A DNA stretch of 32,000 nt from Cylindrospermopsis raciborskii Cr2010 (GTDB lineage Bacteria; Cyanobacteriota; Cyanobacteriia; Cyanobacteriales; Nostocaceae). The notes beneath the pieces are model-generated. The model was not told where the DNA came from, ran no database searches, and worked only from the letters and a program-made list of their open reading frames with translations. The position numbers and the translations under genes were made by a program. The stretch covers positions 1,680,001 through 1,712,000 of the forward strand of contig NZ_CP065936.1 of the NCBI RefSeq assembly GCF_003367075.2. Direction: 5' to 3'. Shown one piece after another: positions 1-8,334 of the stretch. Each line of letters begins with the position of its first letter. Within the stretch, counting starts at the first letter, position 1.

Positions 1-177
1 GAAGATTTACCCATACCAGGTTGGAATCTTCCAGATTTACCCGATGATCCTAATTTAATTGCCAAAACTTGGTTGGATTTCTATCACAATACCGAGTCTT
101 TGTCAAGAGATAAATTACAGTCTCTGTTGGATGGTTCCCTGTTACACCGCGACTTGTTGTACCGAGTATTTAATTAG
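1..177 (+). CDS. C-terminal end of a protein truncated by the window edge, product unknown
   Basis: Open frame 1 from base 1 (EDLPIPGWNLPDLPDDPNLIAKTWLDFYHN...LLYRVFN) to TAG at 175-177. Confidence 0.5.
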   Translation, partial: EDLPIPGWNLPDLPDDPNLIAKTWLDFYHNTESLSRDKLQSLLDGSLLHRDLLYRVFN

Positions 178-195
178 TATGGTAAGGATGTTAGT

Positions 196-492
196 TTATT
201 TACCTTTAGTTTCTAGATTTTGTACAGCTTGACTAAAACCCAAGACAATTAAAATATTAGCAAGAGTTAAGAATAACTCAGCACTGCCATGAAGCCAGTC
301 TATATTTGCTAGAGCTTCTTGGTAGGCAATCTTGGCGTAAATACCAGCTGGAATGGTAACGCCAACAAATACTAAAGTGCCATAGAATCCATAGAGTGCT
401 AAACGTGGCATTTGTGGACTGCGACTGATAAACCACAAGAAACCCAAATAGGGGAACAAGGAGAGAGCAAATAGAGTTTCTTTTGAGATCAT
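196..492 (-). CDS. DUF3593-like small membrane protein
   Basis: 98 aa ORF with hydrophobic segments, directly paired with the DUF2499-like ORF, a typical cyanobacterial neighbourhood. Confidence 0.7.
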   Translation of the reverse strand: MISKETLFALSLFPYLGFLWFISRSPQMPRLALYGFYGTLVFVGVTIPAGIYAKIAYQEALANIDWLHGSAELFLTLANILIVLGFSQAVQNLETKGK

Positions 493-498
493 GACGGT

Positions 499-882
499 CT
501 ACTCCTTATTTGAGATGTTAAGAACTCCACTGGCTCGAGTAGAACGCCAAACCCACACTGCTGCTGCCCAAAGAGTAAAATTACCTATTAGCGTGGTAGT
601 AGCCTGGAGGGTAACTAACCATTCTAAGGACTGGGGATTATCGAAATAATGCCATGTACAAGCAGATAGGGCGCTAATTAAGGCGGGTATCATAGCTAGG
701 GCAAATCCCCTCCAACTATGGTTTTGGGTCAGTTCGCCATATTTCCAGATGAGGGAAATGGCAACTACCCATTCAATGACACTAGAAATATGGATAATCC
801 AGGTGGGAATTGAAAGAGCGTTCATGGGATTATAAATATGGCTTGGGAGAGCTTTGACTATTAAAATCAAGACTGCCCTCAT
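499..882 (-). CDS. DUF2499-like membrane protein (true start may be the internal MNALSIPTW)
   Basis: 127 aa ORF containing MNALSIPTWIIHISSVIEWVVAISLIWKYG...WHYFDN, characteristic of the cyanobacterial/plastid DUF2499 family. Confidence 0.7.
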   Translation of the reverse strand: MRAVLILIVKALPSHIYNPMNALSIPTWIIHISSVIEWVVAISLIWKYGELTQNHSWRGFALAMIPALISALSACTWHYFDNPQSLEWLVTLQATTTLIGNFTLWAAAVWVWRSTRASGVLNISNKE

Positions 883-1040
883 TGCGGACTAACTCATATT
901 TTATATCTACTGTTGGAGGAGCGCCAGTAGAAATTGTTAAACTTTATATTCATGATTTTCAGTTGTCCACTTGAAAAAAATCTCTTGACAAGCCAAAAAT
1001 TGTCTGTTATGATTGCTGTATCATAATTTTTAATAGACCT

Positions 1041-1132
1041 GGAGAGGTGGCTGAGTGGTCGAAAGCGGCAGATTGCTAATCTGTTGATGGAATCGTAAGG
1101 TCCATCCGAGGGTTCGAATCCCTCCTTCTCCA
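1041..1132 (+). tRNA. tRNA-Ser (anticodon GCT)
   Basis: Acceptor GGAGAGG pairs with CTTCTCC; anticodon loop TTGCTAA; long variable arm; T-loop GGTTCGAATCC. Confidence 0.95.
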
Positions 1133-1170
1133 TTTAGCTCAACTAAAATTAACTTATTCACTAACTAGTC

Positions 1171-1944
1171 ATGGAAGTTATCCCAGCAATAGATCTATTA
1201 GAGGGGCGTTGTGTAAGACTCTATAAGGGTGACTATGCACAATCCCAGGTTTACAGCCATAACCCTGTAGAAACCGCTAAAATGTGGGCAGACCAGGGAG
1301 CAACAAGACTACATTTGGTAGATCTAGATGGAGCAAAAGCTGGTAGAGTAGTTAATCTATCTGCTATAGAGGCTATTACCAATGCTGTTTCCATACCTAT
1401 TGAGGTTGGCGGAGGAATACGCGACAGATCCAGCGTTATACAGTTATTTAGTCTTGGGGTACAGTGGGCAATTCTGGGGACTGTAGCAGTAGAGCAACCA
1501 GATTTGGTTCAAGGACTGTGTGAACAATTCCCCCACCAAATTATGGTTGGCATTGATGCGCGGAATGGTCTAGTTGCTATCAGGGGTTGGTTAGAAACTT
1601 CTCAAATTTTGGCCCCCCAACTAGCAACCCAAATGCAGGAATTGGGTGCCGCAGCTATTATTTATACTGATATAAACCGTGATGGTACACTTCAGGGACC
1701 AAACTTGGAAGCATTAAGAGGGTTGACATCTGCCATTTCCATACCCGTGATTGCATCTGGGGGTGTGGGTTCTGTTACTGACCTATTAACCTTATTATCT
1801 TTAGAACATCAGGGGGTTACAGGAGTAATTGTCGGTAAAGCCCTATATACTGGAGATATTAGTTTACCAGAAGCATTGCGGGCTATAGGTCCTGGAAGAA
1901 TTCAGGATATTCCACCCACTTTGGATTTCTCTAGTTTTGCCTGA
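1171..1944 (+). CDS. hisA: phosphoribosylformimino-5-aminoimidazole carboxamide ribotide isomerase
   Basis: 257 aa; [43 protein letters not shown]. Confidence 0.97.
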   Translation: MEVIPAIDLLEGRCVRLYKGDYAQSQVYSHNPVETAKMWADQGATRLHLVDLDGAKAGRVVNLSAIEAITNAVSIPIEVGGGIRDRSSVIQLFSLGVQWAILGTVAVEQPDLVQGLCEQFPHQIMVGIDARNGLVAIRGWLETSQILAPQLATQMQELGAAAIIYTDINRDGTLQGPNLEALRGLTSAISIPVIASGGVGSVTDLLTLLSLEHQGVTGVIVGKALYTGDISLPEALRAIGPGRIQDIPPTLDFSSFA

Positions 1945-1950
1945 ACTAAG

Positions 1951-2067
1951 TAGGGAGACACAATTATTTGTAGGATGAGTTTAATACGAAACCCATGGGG
2001 GTGTTGGGTTTCATACTTCAACCCAACCTACGTTGATCTTATATCTAATTCCACCCACTCACTTAAA
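1951..2067 (+). repeat. ~115-bp dispersed hairpin-bearing repeat, copy 1
   Basis: TAGGGAGACACAATTATTTGTAGG...GTGTTGGGTTTCATACTTCAACCCAACCTACGTTGATCTTATATCTAATTCCACCCACTCACTTAAA. Confidence 0.85.
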
Positions 2068-2247
2068 AGGCACAAATGTGGAAATATTCGACAAAATTTC
2101 TATAAAACAACTATTTGAACTATAATTTAGGCAAATTGTTGTATTGAATACAATAATTCCGTGTTCTCCAATATGTGACCTCAATTTGTGAGGATCATAA
2201 CTAGTTGGAAACCAAGACCAGTACATTCTTACAAACTTTTGTTATCA

Positions 2248-2997
2248 ATGTATACTACTGAATTGCCTAGATACTCCAACAACTCTATTGAACCAGTTAG
2301 TCGCGTTTTAATAGTGGAAGACGAAGAACTGATCCGAGAGATGCTTGTAGTAGCCTTAGAGGGTGAAGGTTATGAAGTTATGACTGCTAAAGATGGTCGT
2401 TGTGCTGTGGAACTAATCAGAAATTTAGAGACCCAACCCGGTGAGTTATCATTCGATCTGCTTGTGCTAGACTTGATGTTGCCACAAATTAACGGGTTAG
2501 ATATTTGTCGTTTATTACGTCACCAAGGTAATTCCATACCGATTTTAATTCTGAGTGCGAAAGGTAGTGAAACTGACCGAGTGCTAGGCTTGGAGGTAGG
2601 GGCGGATGATTATTTAACTAAGCCCTTTAGCGTAAGAGAAATGGTGGCTAGGTGTCGTGCTTTGTTACGTCGTCAGCGGTTTTCCAATTTGCCCTTAATA
2701 CCCACTTTAAAACATAAAGATATCAGTTTGAATCCTCAGGAATGTCGGGTGTTAGTGAGGGGGAGGGAGGTGAGCTTGTCACCGAAAGAATTCCGGTTAC
2801 TAGAATTATTTATGAGTTATGCTCGCAGGGTGTGGTCACGGGAACAGTTATTAGACCAGGTTTGGGGTCCTGATTTTGTCGGTGACAGTAAAACAGTGGA
2901 TGTTCATATTCGATGGCTGAGGGAAAAATTAGAGTTAGACCCTAGCCATCCAGAATATATTGTCACAGTCAGGGGTTTTGGCTATAGATTTGGTTGA
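2248..2997 (+). CDS. sphR: OmpR/PhoB-family response regulator (SphR/PhoB-like); likely start at 2248, the supplied ORF opens at 2188
   Basis: Receiver domain VLIVEDEELIREML...DLLVLDLMLPQINGLDICR...GADDYLTKPFSVREM plus winged-helix DNA-binding C-terminus TVDVHIRWLREKLE...VRGFGYRF; followed by a histidine kinase and phoU. Confidence 0.85.
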   Translation: MYTTELPRYSNNSIEPVSRVLIVEDEELIREMLVVALEGEGYEVMTAKDGRCAVELIRNLETQPGELSFDLLVLDLMLPQINGLDICRLLRHQGNSIPILILSAKGSETDRVLGLEVGADDYLTKPFSVREMVARCRALLRRQRFSNLPLIPTLKHKDISLNPQECRVLVRGREVSLSPKEFRLLELFMSYARRVWSREQLLDQVWGPDFVGDSKTVDVHIRWLREKLELDPSHPEYIVTVRGFGYRFG

Positions 2998-3212
2998 TTT
3001 CTATATCTCGGCTATTCTGTTTTTGGTTTTCCTATTCCTTTGGGTGGTCGTGGTCTTTTTATTTTAAACCATCCGCTGGATTGGGGTTTTTGGCTCTTCT
3101 CACGGGAGTTATCATTTTGGGAGTTGTCATCTTGATTGGACATAAAATTCGGCGTGGATCAGTTATCTTATCCAGTCTAACCTGTAGCACAGGAATGGTC
3201 ACAGATACCTAG
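2994..3212 (+). CDS. possible small membrane protein between regulator and kinase
   Basis: 72 aa ORF overlapping the regulator stop by 4 nt, with hydrophobic segments. No recognised family. Confidence 0.25.
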   Translation: MISISRLFCFWFSYSFGWSWSFYFKPSAGLGFLALLTGVIILGVVILIGHKIRRGSVILSSLTCSTGMVTDT

Positions 3213-3363
3213 GCGATCGCATTTTCCAAAAGCAGTCCCTACCGGTTATGATTACAGTAATCAGATTACATTAATAATCTAACAATCAAAAAAAGCCGTC
3301 CTATAAAGACCATACTTGCATTCTACCCCTTTAATTCCGGTCAAATAGCACACTTACGATCAA

Positions 3364-4704
3364 ATGTTCTTATTGGGATTTCTTCTGGGTTTGGCAATCG
3401 GTTTTGGTTTTTGGCTTTGGCAACAATTTCAACTTAACAGCCATTTAGAGCAGTTAACCCAACCCTCAAACCCCCACGCTGAAAAGATATTATTGCCCCT
3501 ATTAGCTGGATTACATCGTAAAATATGTACCGTTAGGGATGAACAACAAAACTTACGCTTGTCACTCAAAGCTTATGAACAGTTGCTGAATGCTGCGCCC
3601 TTGGGATATTTACAAGTAGATGAAGAAAATCAACTACTATGGTGTAATCAGTGCGCACGGGAAATGCTACATTTACAAAGATGGCAACCGGGTCAAGTAC
3701 GGTTACTACTGGAATTAGTGAGATCCTATGAACTGGATCAGTTAATTGAACAAACCCGGGATTGGCAAAAACCGCAAATGCAAGAGTGGATTTTTCACCC
3801 TTCCCGAGATCATGGTCAGGGTACCTTAGAATTAAAGCCATTGTCTTTAGCAGCTAACAGTTTTCCTCTACCGGGGGGACAGGTGGGTGTGTTTCTAGAA
3901 AGTCATCAACAATTTGTAGACATTAATCAGCAACGTGACCGTTCTTTTTCAGACCTGGCCCATGAATTGAGAACACCTCTGACTTCCATTCGTCTGGTTG
4001 CAGAAACCCTGCAAACTCGTTTAGATCCTCCTTTGAACCGTTGGGTCATCCGCTTGATGCAAGAAGTTGACAGACTAATTAATTTAGTCCAAAATTGGTT
4101 GGATCTGACCCAGATGGAAATAACCTCCTCCATCCAACTGAATTTGGAAATGCTAGAAGTCCGCTCCCTAATTTTTTCAGTCTGGGAGAATTTAGAGCCC
4201 CTAGCCGCTAACCAGCATCTTAGCATTTCCTACTCCGGTCCAGAAAAGGTCTATATATGTGCTGATAAGTCCCGAATTTATCAAGTGTTTCTTAATCTGT
4301 TAGATAACTGTATTAAATACAGCAACCTCAACGGTACTATTTTTATTGAAATGAATACAGTTTGTGGAGAGAAGTCTATTAATGGAGTTGCTCCAGAGAC
4401 AGGTACAATATCAAACCAAATTTTAGAAATTAACATTATTGATTCCGGGGTTGGATTTGCTCCCGTGGATCTACCCCATGTCTTTCAAAGATTTTATCGG
4501 GGGGACAAAGCTAGACACCGGGAGTCGCGCTCTGAGAATGAAACAGTAGAAATTACTGGTAGTGGTTTAGGTTTATCCATTGTCCGCCAAATAATTATAG
4601 CTCATGGTGGCAAAATCAGGGCCATGAACCATCCTGATACCGGTGGTGCTTGGATACAAATTCATCTTCCCCAGGTGGTTCAACATGATAGCGGATATTT
4701 CTGA
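3364..4704 (+). CDS. sphS: PAS-containing sensor histidine kinase, phosphate-responsive SphS/PhoR-like
   Basis: 446 aa; FSDLAHELRTPLTSIRLVAETLQ H-box, N-box NLLDNCIKYS, GSGLGLSIVRQIIIAHGG; N-terminal membrane segment. Confidence 0.88.
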   Translation: MFLLGFLLGLAIGFGFWLWQQFQLNSHLEQLTQPSNPHAEKILLPLLAGLHRKICTVRDEQQNLRLSLKAYEQLLNAAPLGYLQVDEENQLLWCNQCAREMLHLQRWQPGQVRLLLELVRSYELDQLIEQTRDWQKPQMQEWIFHPSRDHGQGTLELKPLSLAANSFPLPGGQVGVFLESHQQFVDINQQRDRSFSDLAHELRTPLTSIRLVAETLQTRLDPPLNRWVIRLMQEVDRLINLVQNWLDLTQMEITSSIQLNLEMLEVRSLIFSVWENLEPLAANQHLSISYSGPEKVYICADKSRIYQVFLNLLDNCIKYSNLNGTIFIEMNTVCGEKSINGVAPETGTISNQILEINIIDSGVGFAPVDLPHVFQRFYRGDKARHRESRSENETVEITGSGLGLSIVRQIIIAHGGKIRAMNHPDTGGAWIQIHLPQVVQHDSGYF

Positions 4705-4751
4705 ATCAAGACTATAATAGCTAGAAATATATTAAACCCGAGATTAAAAAT

Positions 4752-5417
4752 ATGAAAGCTGTTGTGAAATATACAATTTTTGAAAAACCTCAGCCTATAC
4801 GTGCCATTAAAAGACTGGAACGAGATGTTTTACGTATGGGTGCTTTAGTAGAGCAGTCCTTCCGTCTGAGTCACCAAGCTCTATTTAATCGAGATTTAAC
4901 AGCAGCTGAGCAAATACGCAGATTAGACAAAAAAATTGATCGCTTCTACAGACAAATAGAAGTCGATTGTGCCACAATTATGAGCAATCAAGCTCCCACA
5001 GACCAAGAATCTCGTTGTTTAAGCTCATTCATGCAATTGGTTAGAGACTTGGAACGTATTGGGGACTATGCCAAAGATTTGGCAGAAATAGCAATGAAAA
5101 TATTTCCCTATCCCCCCCATCCTACTTTGGGAGAGGTTGCCATTATGTCCGATCATGCCCAGTCTATGTTAGCTACCAGCTTGGTAGCTTTAGCGGATTT
5201 GGATGAAATTAGTGGTAGAAGGATTAAATTATTAGATGACACAGTAGATGATGCTTACAAAAAACTATATCGTAATTTGGCGCAGCAGAAAGACGTTCCC
5301 GGGGTAGTGGAGCCCATTCTACTATTAACATTAGCAATTCAGTGTCTAGAGAGAATGGCAGATCATGCTACCAATATTGGTCAAAGGGTAGCATACATTG
5401 TCACAGGTCAAAGGTAA
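4752..5417 (+). CDS. phoU: phosphate signalling complex protein PhoU
   Basis: 221 aa; paired PhoU helices with RDLERIGDYAKDLAEIA and QCLERMADHATNIGQRV. Confidence 0.93.
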   Translation: MKAVVKYTIFEKPQPIRAIKRLERDVLRMGALVEQSFRLSHQALFNRDLTAAEQIRRLDKKIDRFYRQIEVDCATIMSNQAPTDQESRCLSSFMQLVRDLERIGDYAKDLAEIAMKIFPYPPHPTLGEVAIMSDHAQSMLATSLVALADLDEISGRRIKLLDDTVDDAYKKLYRNLAQQKDVPGVVEPILLLTLAIQCLERMADHATNIGQRVAYIVTGQR

Positions 5418-5536
5418 AGTCGGCTGAAAAACGACTGGTTTTGTCTGTAGTGATGTAGGTTGAGTTTAATAGGAAACCCAACAAACTAATGGGATATAAG
5501 CACTCCCTAATACCCTCTAGCTGCACGATACGGAAG

Positions 5537-6128
5537 CTAATCCAATCCTAAACCATCCAGATATTTATCCAATTGGGTCAAACCCTTGGTTAAGGGATCT
5601 AACTTTTCCCTGCGCACCTTTAACTCTATACCCATCACCACTTTGCCATAGCGTAAACAAATATCCATCCTCCCAGAACCAATGGCATATTCTCGTTCTA
5701 ATGTGCCACCACCATTCACTACCCGATGTAAAAATGCCATTAACACCAAATGGGGAGCAATCTCATGGTAGGGCGCACTTTTGAGTAGTGGTTCTCCATG
5801 TTGTCGCCAAAACTCCAGAAATGCTTCCAATAATTCATGCGGATTCTTGCCATTCATCCAAAATTGCACGTTCAGCCATACCGGGGTCCCGGGAAAAGGG
5901 CGCCCCTACTTCTAAAGAAAGCATGATGGCAGTGTATTCCCCACTATCAGTCAATTCTTGAGCGAGGGCTATCATGGCAGTAGTTTTGCCTACTTGTCTT
6001 GGTGCATGAATGATAAAGTAATTTTCTCCATCAATTAGTGCTTTCAACTCCGGTAAGCGAGCGGTGGGAGAGAGCATATAGTGGATGTTATCTTTACATG
6101 GTCCAGCAGTGTTAAAGTGTTTAGCCAT
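5537..6128 (-). pseudogene. Degraded AAA-like ATPase with C-terminal PD-(D/E)XK-type nuclease
   Basis: ORF 5835..6128 carries an N-terminal Walker A (IIHAPRQVGKTTAMIAL). ORF 5537..5869 (other frame) carries a nuclease-like C-terminus (REYAIGSGRMDICLRYGKVVMGIELKVRR). The middle of the protein is missing and the frames do not match. Confidence 0.75.
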
Positions 6129-6213
6129 GGTGGAGTTTTTAAAAAAATAACCTTAACAACTTTATTCTAAAACCTAATAAAAACGAACTCATAATGGTTG
6201 ACCTTATCCAACA

Positions 6214-6241
6214 TAAAAGAGATGCGATCGCATCTCTTTTA
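6214..6241. repeat. 28-bp perfect palindrome centred on a HIP1 GCGATCGC octamer
   Basis: TAAAAGAGATGCGATCGCATCTCTTTTA is its own reverse complement. Confidence 0.95.
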
Positions 6242-6389
6242 GATTTAATTTCAGTGGGATAAAGTAGCGAAGCTACTTTATCAGTTGGTAAAGTCCTAAA
6301 ACCTTATGTTAATGTCCTACTTCTCTCCACCCAAGTTTCTTTCCAAAGGAATTACACACTCTTAAATCAAGTTCTTTTGTGCCACCCGA

Positions 6390-6468
6390 GTAAGTGAGTG
6401 GAATTAAGTATAGGATGAACGTAGGTTGGGTTGAAGCATGAAACCCAACACCCCCATAGGTTACCTGT
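6390..6468 (-). repeat. dispersed repeat, inverted partial copy
   Basis: TAAGTGAGTGGAATTAAGTATAGGATGAACGTAGGTTGGGTTGAAGCATGAAACCCAACACCCCCAT. Confidence 0.85.
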
Positions 6469-6485
6469 ACCACCCACAGTGCGAC

Positions 6486-6749
6486 TTAAAATTGCCAACG
6501 AATTTGACCATTAATATAATTATCGCTGACATTTTGTTTACCCAGCAGGGTTTCATAACCCAAACTAACAGATAAATTATTCACAAACTTAGTTTGCATT
6601 CCCAGTTTTAACCGTAAATAATCGCGGTCGCCAGTATTAATTTTTGTATTCCAAGTTAACCCGGGTTGATTAACAAGTTCAGTGGTAATATTGCGCGACT
6701 CATTAGCAAGTTCATGTTCATAATTAATGCCAAAATACTGAAAAAACAA
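6486..6749 (-). pseudogene. C-terminal fragment of an autotransporter/outer-membrane beta-barrel protein
   Basis: 87 aa; GMQTKFVNNLSVSLGYETLLGKQNVSDNYINGQIRWQF with C-terminal aromatic; no passenger or signal region. Confidence 0.6.
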
Positions 6750-6822
6750 AGTGGATTAACATGACTTATGAAGCTCACTCAAGACCATGACTGGGAACCT
6801 ACCCTGCTACAAGAAGTCCACA

Positions 6823-6915
6823 GTCGCAATACCTATTCCTTCTAGCAAAATTTCTCTGTTTTTCACCTCCACTACCCTCAAAATAATGGCTGAAACCCTT
6901 ACGCCACAAGGCTGC
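6823..6915 (-). CRISPR. Vestigial CRISPR leader end joined to a partial repeat
   Basis: Reverse complement of 6844-6915 matches leader 16648-16719 at about 70/72 positions. It runs directly into the 21-nt 3' part of the CRISPR repeat, AGAAGGAATAGGTATTGCGAC (6823-6843). Confidence 0.85.
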
Positions 6916-6933
6916 AGCGATCGCTATTCCTTG

Positions 6934-7047
6934 TAGGGAGGCACAATTATTTGTAGGATGGGTCGAGTAACCAGACCCGGTGTTGGGTTTCATGCTTCAA
7001 CCCAACCTACGTTCATCTTATATTTAATTCTACTGACCCACTTAAAT
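6934..7047 (+). repeat. dispersed repeat, copy 3
   Basis: TAGGGAGGCACAATTATTTGTAGGATGGGTCGAGTAACCAGACCCGGTGTTGGGTTTCATGCTTCAACCCAACCTACG...CACTTAAA. Confidence 0.9.
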
Positions 7048-8159
7048 TAGTGTAAACCACTATCAAGTTTATCTAAAACAAAATGATTTCCACTCTCAAA
7101 GTGACCAAAGATTCTTTTGGCATCCTGGTCTGACCAAGCGTCTATTTCATGGGTGGAGGGAGGACGGGGATTTCCTTTGAGTGCTTTTAAGTCAAGGGAT
7201 GATACATTATATTTACCTCCTGATTCTAAATTCTTTGCTAACTGGTCTATTCTCTCGTTAATTAATATTAATCTATCCGCTGATATTCCCCTCAGACTAT
7301 CCTCAAACTTAGGTCCATAACTTACCTTTTCGCTGGGTGAAGGATGCAATTTCTCCCCATAAATCTCTTTCTTTGTCCTTCCCCACACCAAATCTCCCCA
7401 GGGAGATAAAGAAACTTCACCTCCTACCCTCATTAATAGGGTTTCTGGTACTCCAATAACGTCAGTAGTTTTCATTTCATTTGCTAGTCTACGAAAAACT
7501 TTAAGATGGTCACGTACGCTGTCTTCTACTACCATTTTCACTGGTAATCTTGGTATGCGCAACAGGTCTTTGGCTGTTTCAAAGATATAAATTGTCTCAT
7601 CTGCATAAAATGTGGCTAGGGTTTGTAAAAATCCCTGCACACTCTTGAATCCCCCAGTTAAGTTAAATATAATCTTATATTGAGATTTTCTATAACCAGG
7701 TATGGTTTTTTCAAAAAACTTTACTATATCTGATAAGGCAATTTGAAAGGAATCAATATCTTTTGTTTGCAGATCCGTCTGTCGGTTTTTATCAACTATA
7801 AAACCTTTTTCTCTTAACCATTGTTCTACTAAGGTTGCTGTCTGTTCCCCTAACCAGGTGTCAGTACAAAGCAAATAGTGAGTGTCTGCTTTCTTCTCTA
7901 ACTTACCATTATAAAGTTTAATAATGCCATTTAGCTCCGCTGACATCTTACCTGCTAACTCAAGATCAGCAGATGCTAGTTTTTCTTCTACTCTCTTGAC
8001 AAGCGATCGCAGTTTCAGGCTATCTTCTAGAGGTATGTCTTCAATGTGTTTTGCGTTAGCATGTTTACTGACTAAACCTCTTTCTTCTTGAGCTGCTTGA
8101 TTGGTCAATAAACTTGTGCCACAGGGTGAGAAAACAAATAAAGGATTTTCCATGATCAA
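7047..8159 (-). CDS. CARF-domain CRISPR effector (APE2256/Csm6-like) with RelE-like C-terminal domain (Cami1-like)
   Basis: 370 aa; N-terminal FVFSPCGTSLLTN, and IIFNLTGGFKSVQGFLQTLA typical of CARF proteins. C-terminal YGPKFEDSLRG...RLILINERIDQLAKNL...SSLDLKALKG...THEIDAWSDQDAKRIFGHFESGNHFVLDKLDSGLH resembles a RelE/ParE-type toxin. Confidence 0.7.
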   Translation of the reverse strand: MIMENPLFVFSPCGTSLLTNQAAQEERGLVSKHANAKHIEDIPLEDSLKLRSLVKRVEEKLASADLELAGKMSAELNGIIKLYNGKLEKKADTHYLLCTDTWLGEQTATLVEQWLREKGFIVDKNRQTDLQTKDIDSFQIALSDIVKFFEKTIPGYRKSQYKIIFNLTGGFKSVQGFLQTLATFYADETIYIFETAKDLLRIPRLPVKMVVEDSVRDHLKVFRRLANEMKTTDVIGVPETLLMRVGGEVSLSPWGDLVWGRTKKEIYGEKLHPSPSEKVSYGPKFEDSLRGISADRLILINERIDQLAKNLESGGKYNVSSLDLKALKGNPRPPSTHEIDAWSDQDAKRIFGHFESGNHFVLDKLDSGLH

Positions 8160-8211
8160 GGTTTCTGGTTACAAGGGATAATTTTATAGTTTGAGGGATA
8201 GGGGAGGTAAG

Positions 8212-8326
8212 TAGGGAGGCACAATTTGTAGGATGGGTCGAGTAACCAGACCCATGGGAATGTTGGGTTTCATGCTTCAACCCAACCTACGTTTATCTTA
8301 TATTTAATTCGACTCACTCACTTAAA
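8212..8326 (+). repeat. dispersed repeat, copy 4
   Basis: TAGGGAGGCACAATTTGTAGGATGGGTCGAGTAACCAGACCCATGGGAATGTTGGGTTTCATGCTTCAACCCAACCTACG...CACTTAAA. Confidence 0.9.
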
Positions 8327-8334
8327 CAAGTTTG

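Noticed and set aside
894-1133. 79-aa ORF on the minus strand (MEKEGFEPSDGPYD...)
   Set aside because: It is mostly antisense to tRNA-Ser; MEKEGFEPSDGP is a known artefact of translating the antisense of a serine tRNA.
3566-4226. Antisense ORFs in the histidine kinase gene
   Set aside because: Shadow ORFs of a clear kinase gene.
6799-6993. 64-aa ORF (MKPNTGSGYSTHPTNNCASLQGIAIAAALWRKGFSHYF...)
   Set aside because: It spans part of the dispersed repeat, the fossil leader and a partial CRISPR repeat; reported as a CRISPR remnant instead of a gene.
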